NCBI RefSeq assembly: GCF_018977255.1
Contig: NW_024704742.1
Span: 57,972,001 to 58,036,000 of the forward strand
Direction of reading: 5' to 3'
DNA from: Callorhinchus milii
Taxonomy: Eukaryota
DNA length: 64,000 nt
Shown here one piece after another: positions 60,799-64,000 of this stretch. Positions within the stretch are counted from its first letter, which is position 1. Each line of letters begins with the position of its first letter. The position numbers and the translations under genes are program-made. Under the pieces are notes generated by a model. The model ran no database searches, had not been told where the DNA came from, and saw only the letters and a program-made list of their open reading frames with translations.

Positions 60799-61954
60799 CC
60801 TTGAAGGAGGCAAGGGTCAGGGAACGAGGTGAAGGGAATGTGGGATGGAGTTCCAGAGGGTGGAGGCAGAGAGGCTGAAGATCCGATCACCGAGTGTCTA
60901 CGTTTATTTAGCAAAGCTGTGTGGAGACTCAGAAAGTAACATCTTTCTTCGCTTTTACTTTCTGAGTCTCCTTGTGGTATACAAGATGTCTTTTCAAGTA
61001 GTTCTCCTTCATTTTTCCAAGATCCTGGATATGCAGCACAGGCGTCTCCTTTGGCCCATTTGCAAAGTCCAGGACCAAGCAGTGAAGTTGATTGGTGGTA
61101 AAAAGGGGAAGTGACTGCAGGAAGGAAGGGATCAGATCTACTTTGACCTGTCCCTTATATAAGCAATCCTAGAATTCTGGAATGCTTGAGTTGACCAAGA
61201 GAAAATCACCGTCATAGAGTTGTTTGCGTAAGAAAAGCTGCAACTACAAGAACAGTGGAAACATGTTTACAAACCACAAAGATTCAACATCATCATTGAT
61301 AAGACATTGTTGTTGCTACACAATGGATGTTAACTCTGTGGTAATCAGATTTGTTTAAAACAAACTTGAAATTTTGATGAAGGCGAGGGAATGTTGACAA
61401 CTATGGATAATGGAGACAGGAGCATATTATCTGCCTAAAAAGATGTTTTTTGTGGAGCTGAATGCTAAATGTCTTTACAAGGTCGATGTGTATGATTTTA
61501 CAAGATATAAATGTTAGGATAATTCTCTCAACGAAAAGCAGAAGAGCAGAGATTTGGAAAATGGACAAGTTACCCATAACCGACATCTTAAAAGGATTTA
61601 CAAGAAGAAAAAGAAGAGACAGGCAGTTGGTACTTGGAGTCATAAACCATATTCCAGATTCTAACGAAGAAAGCTCGAAATTAACTTAAGATGACTGTCA
61701 ACAACTTTATCAACGCTCACCAGCTGGTAGCAGTACAGGAGTACCTGGAAACCTTTTTGAACAGCAGCAGAACGGAAGCCGTTTATGGAGAACCAGCATC
61801 AAAGGATCAAAAAGTGATGTTGCAATGAATGCCTGACCACCAAAAGCCAGTTATATTGTGAAATCCTGGTTTCACTATTTCCATATGTTAATGAAACTTA
61901 AGTGATCTTTCATCTATCTGGTTCATAGGATCTTTCTGTGCTCCCTGAGGAACA

Positions 61955-62132
61955 CAGTAACATAGGAACAGGAGTTGGCCATTCAGCCCCTCGACCCTGT
62001 TCCACCATTCTATAAGATCATGGCTGATCTGTACTTCAACTCCAATTACCTGCCCTTGCCTCATATCCCTTGATACCCTTATCTGACTGAAATCTGTCGA
62101 CCTCAGTCTTGAAAATTTGAATGGATGCAGCA
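61955..62132 (-). mobile_element. CR1 3' end fragment
   Basis: cataggaacaggagttggccattcagcccctcga...gatcatggctgatctg. Confidence 0.65.
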
Positions 62133-62748
62133 TTCATTCAAATTAGGATACCTGAGACACCTTAGGACCACCAGAGAAACAGTGTTGACAAGTGTGACAA
62201 GTGATAATGCCTGAAAGAAAAGACACAGTATTTTGCAGAGAACAAATTTTTAATGAATGTATTGGTGAGATTTATACAGTATTTATTTTAATATCACACC
62301 ATTCTTGCTTGGGATTTCTGATATTATCATGCAAAATCTTGCAAGAGTAAAGATTTTATCATGATCAACCGAGTTGCCAGGGATGTAATCTTTCACTCAG
62401 AGTGTTTGAATCCTATCTTCTCCTTGCAAAAATTCCAGCTTGTTGGCCTGGATCTCACCCCAATCCTCCTCCGCTGCTCCCCCCCCCAACCCATTAGTCC
62501 AGCTAGGCGGGATTTAAGTGTACTTTCTGTACGCCACCACCCATGAAAATTTCACTGCATCTGCAGTGAAAGCACGCTCTCCCTGGAGGGTGCACCCTGC
62601 CTACCTTATTCGGGAAACTCTAAAGGCACACTTTGAGGAGAGCTGGAGCTTGATGTATTGGAGTAAATTTGGAGAATAACTAAAACCACCTGTCATTGAG
62701 AGCAAGCTTTCCGCTGCTTGTCCACTCTACCCATTAATGCTTGTCTTG

Positions 62749-62829
62749 CAGGGTTAACAGGCATTGAGTGGGAAGAATACATCTTCCCAGGGTTAACAGG
62801 CATTGAGTGGGAAGAATACATCTTCCCAG
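62749..62829. repeat. Perfect 39-bp tandem duplication
   Basis: CAGGGTTAACAGGCATTGAGTGGGAAGAATACATCTTCC x2. Confidence 0.9.
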
Positions 62830-63790
62830 TGACCGATCTGCTTTTCCAAATCCTGTCCCAGAGTGCTTGAGAGTGGCGGAGCACGACTATGAGCCGGTGA
62901 GGGGGGGGGGAGCGGGGTGATCGTAGGCACAACAACTTGTACTTATATAGCAGCCTCCATGCAGGGTAGCAGCTCAGAGCACTTAACAATGATGAAGCTT
63001 GACTCCCCACCGAGTCACGGAAGGAAATGGAAGGTCTTCAGACGCAACTTAAAGATGGGGAAGGAAGGGACAAGGTGGAGAGATAGAGTGTTCAAGAACA
63101 TGAACGAGTATCATAATGTCCAGCTGTCCTTAAAATTAAAATTAACTGATTTGTTTTGACAAAACAGACACTTGCCCATGATTCACAATGGGATTGTAAT
63201 ATTTGCAATAATATTTGTCATTTGCCATTTGACCAGACTTGCTTAACTACTCACTAACCCAGCAACCAGTGCAATGCAGCACCCGGGCTGTCCCCACAGA
63301 GTCACATTGTAGTCAATCCAAGGATTTTTTGCAAAGAATATCTTCTGATCCCCTGGATTATGCCCAGAGGAGCGGAGTTCCTGAAAGTGCGTCGCCAACA
63401 GACCCATTGCAGCTCAAAGTTTCATGTTGGAGTGTTGCTGAAGAATATGCCTGGGTATTCGATCGCCTGGGGATATTATCCCAACACACTCACAACCTGG
63501 ACTCTAACAGAATCAATGGACTTGAGAGGGAGGGATTCACATGTGACTTTGGACTGGTTTAGGAGGGGAGGAGCTGTCCCTTGAAGTGCAACTGCTCATG
63601 ATTACTGAGAGCAGTGCTTGCCAGTCAAACCTGCACGGCTGTGTGAATGTTTCAGTTTATTTGAATTGTTGGAAGAGAATTTTGTTTGAAAGAACTTTAA
63701 ATATCATGTCCATGAGATCATAGAAAAAATTATTACTTGTCGACATTATCTGTGTCAACTGGAAGAACATTGTATTCAGAAAAGGAGACA

Positions 63791-64000
63791 ATGCAAGACT
63801 ATGATGAAGCCATCGCTTTCCTGGGAGATTGGGGAGCCTTCCAGAGAACTGTGTTCTTTTTGTTGAGTGTTTCAGTTATCCCTAATGGCTATGTGGGTCT
63901 GTCTATGGTGTTTCTGGCAGACACCCCTCAGCACCACTGCCGTCTGCCTGACTCTCTGAACGGAACCACTGGAGAAGCTAATCTGAGTTCACTGCTGCCT
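63791..64000 (+). CDS. SLC22A5: Second OCTN-like paralogue, exon 1 (partial, runs off window): [70 protein letters not shown]
   Basis: ATG at 63791, open for 70 codons to the window end; 192/210 nt identical to minus-strand exon 1. Confidence 0.9.
   Translation, partial: MQDYDEAIAFLGDWGAFQRTVFFLLSVSVIPNGYVGLSMVFLADTPQHHCRLPDSLNGTTGEANLSSLLP

Overview
Repeat-rich vertebrate genomic DNA, most likely from a cartilaginous fish. This assignment is inferred from the L2/CR1 LINE and Deu-domain tRNA-SINE landscape and is not proven. The window holds part of an SLC22A4/SLC22A5 (OCTN)-like transporter cluster. (1) A complete, open 10-exon gene lies on the minus strand (ATG 41269, stop 13900; about 556-561 aa; internal exon sizes 104/155/172/127-or-142/101/215/183/136, the OCTN pattern). 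(2) A second paralogue starts head-to-head on the plus strand at 63791 and runs off the window. (3) Two orphan plus-strand OCTN exons (exon 2, and an exon 3 lacking its acceptor) lie between the two genes. An isolated OTOP1-like (otopetrin) exon with an in-frame TGA at a conserved Trp also sits between them. The most notable signal concerns the two exon-1 copies: they differ at only 2 of 168 nt outside a 42-nt TM1 patch that carries 16 differences, a gene-conversion mosaic. The minus-strand paralogue has also replaced polar residues equivalent to human OCTN2 S28, Q207 and N210, suggesting a functionally diverged, possibly Na+-uncoupled transporter. The rest is L2 and CR1 fragments, many tRNA-Ala-derived SINEs, a Tigger-like MITE, a solo LTR with a 4-bp TSD, a 28-bp minisatellite just upstream of the gene and a 1-kb local duplication. 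No prokaryote-type system (CRISPR etc.) is present, and most short ORFs in the track are repeat-derived or spurious.
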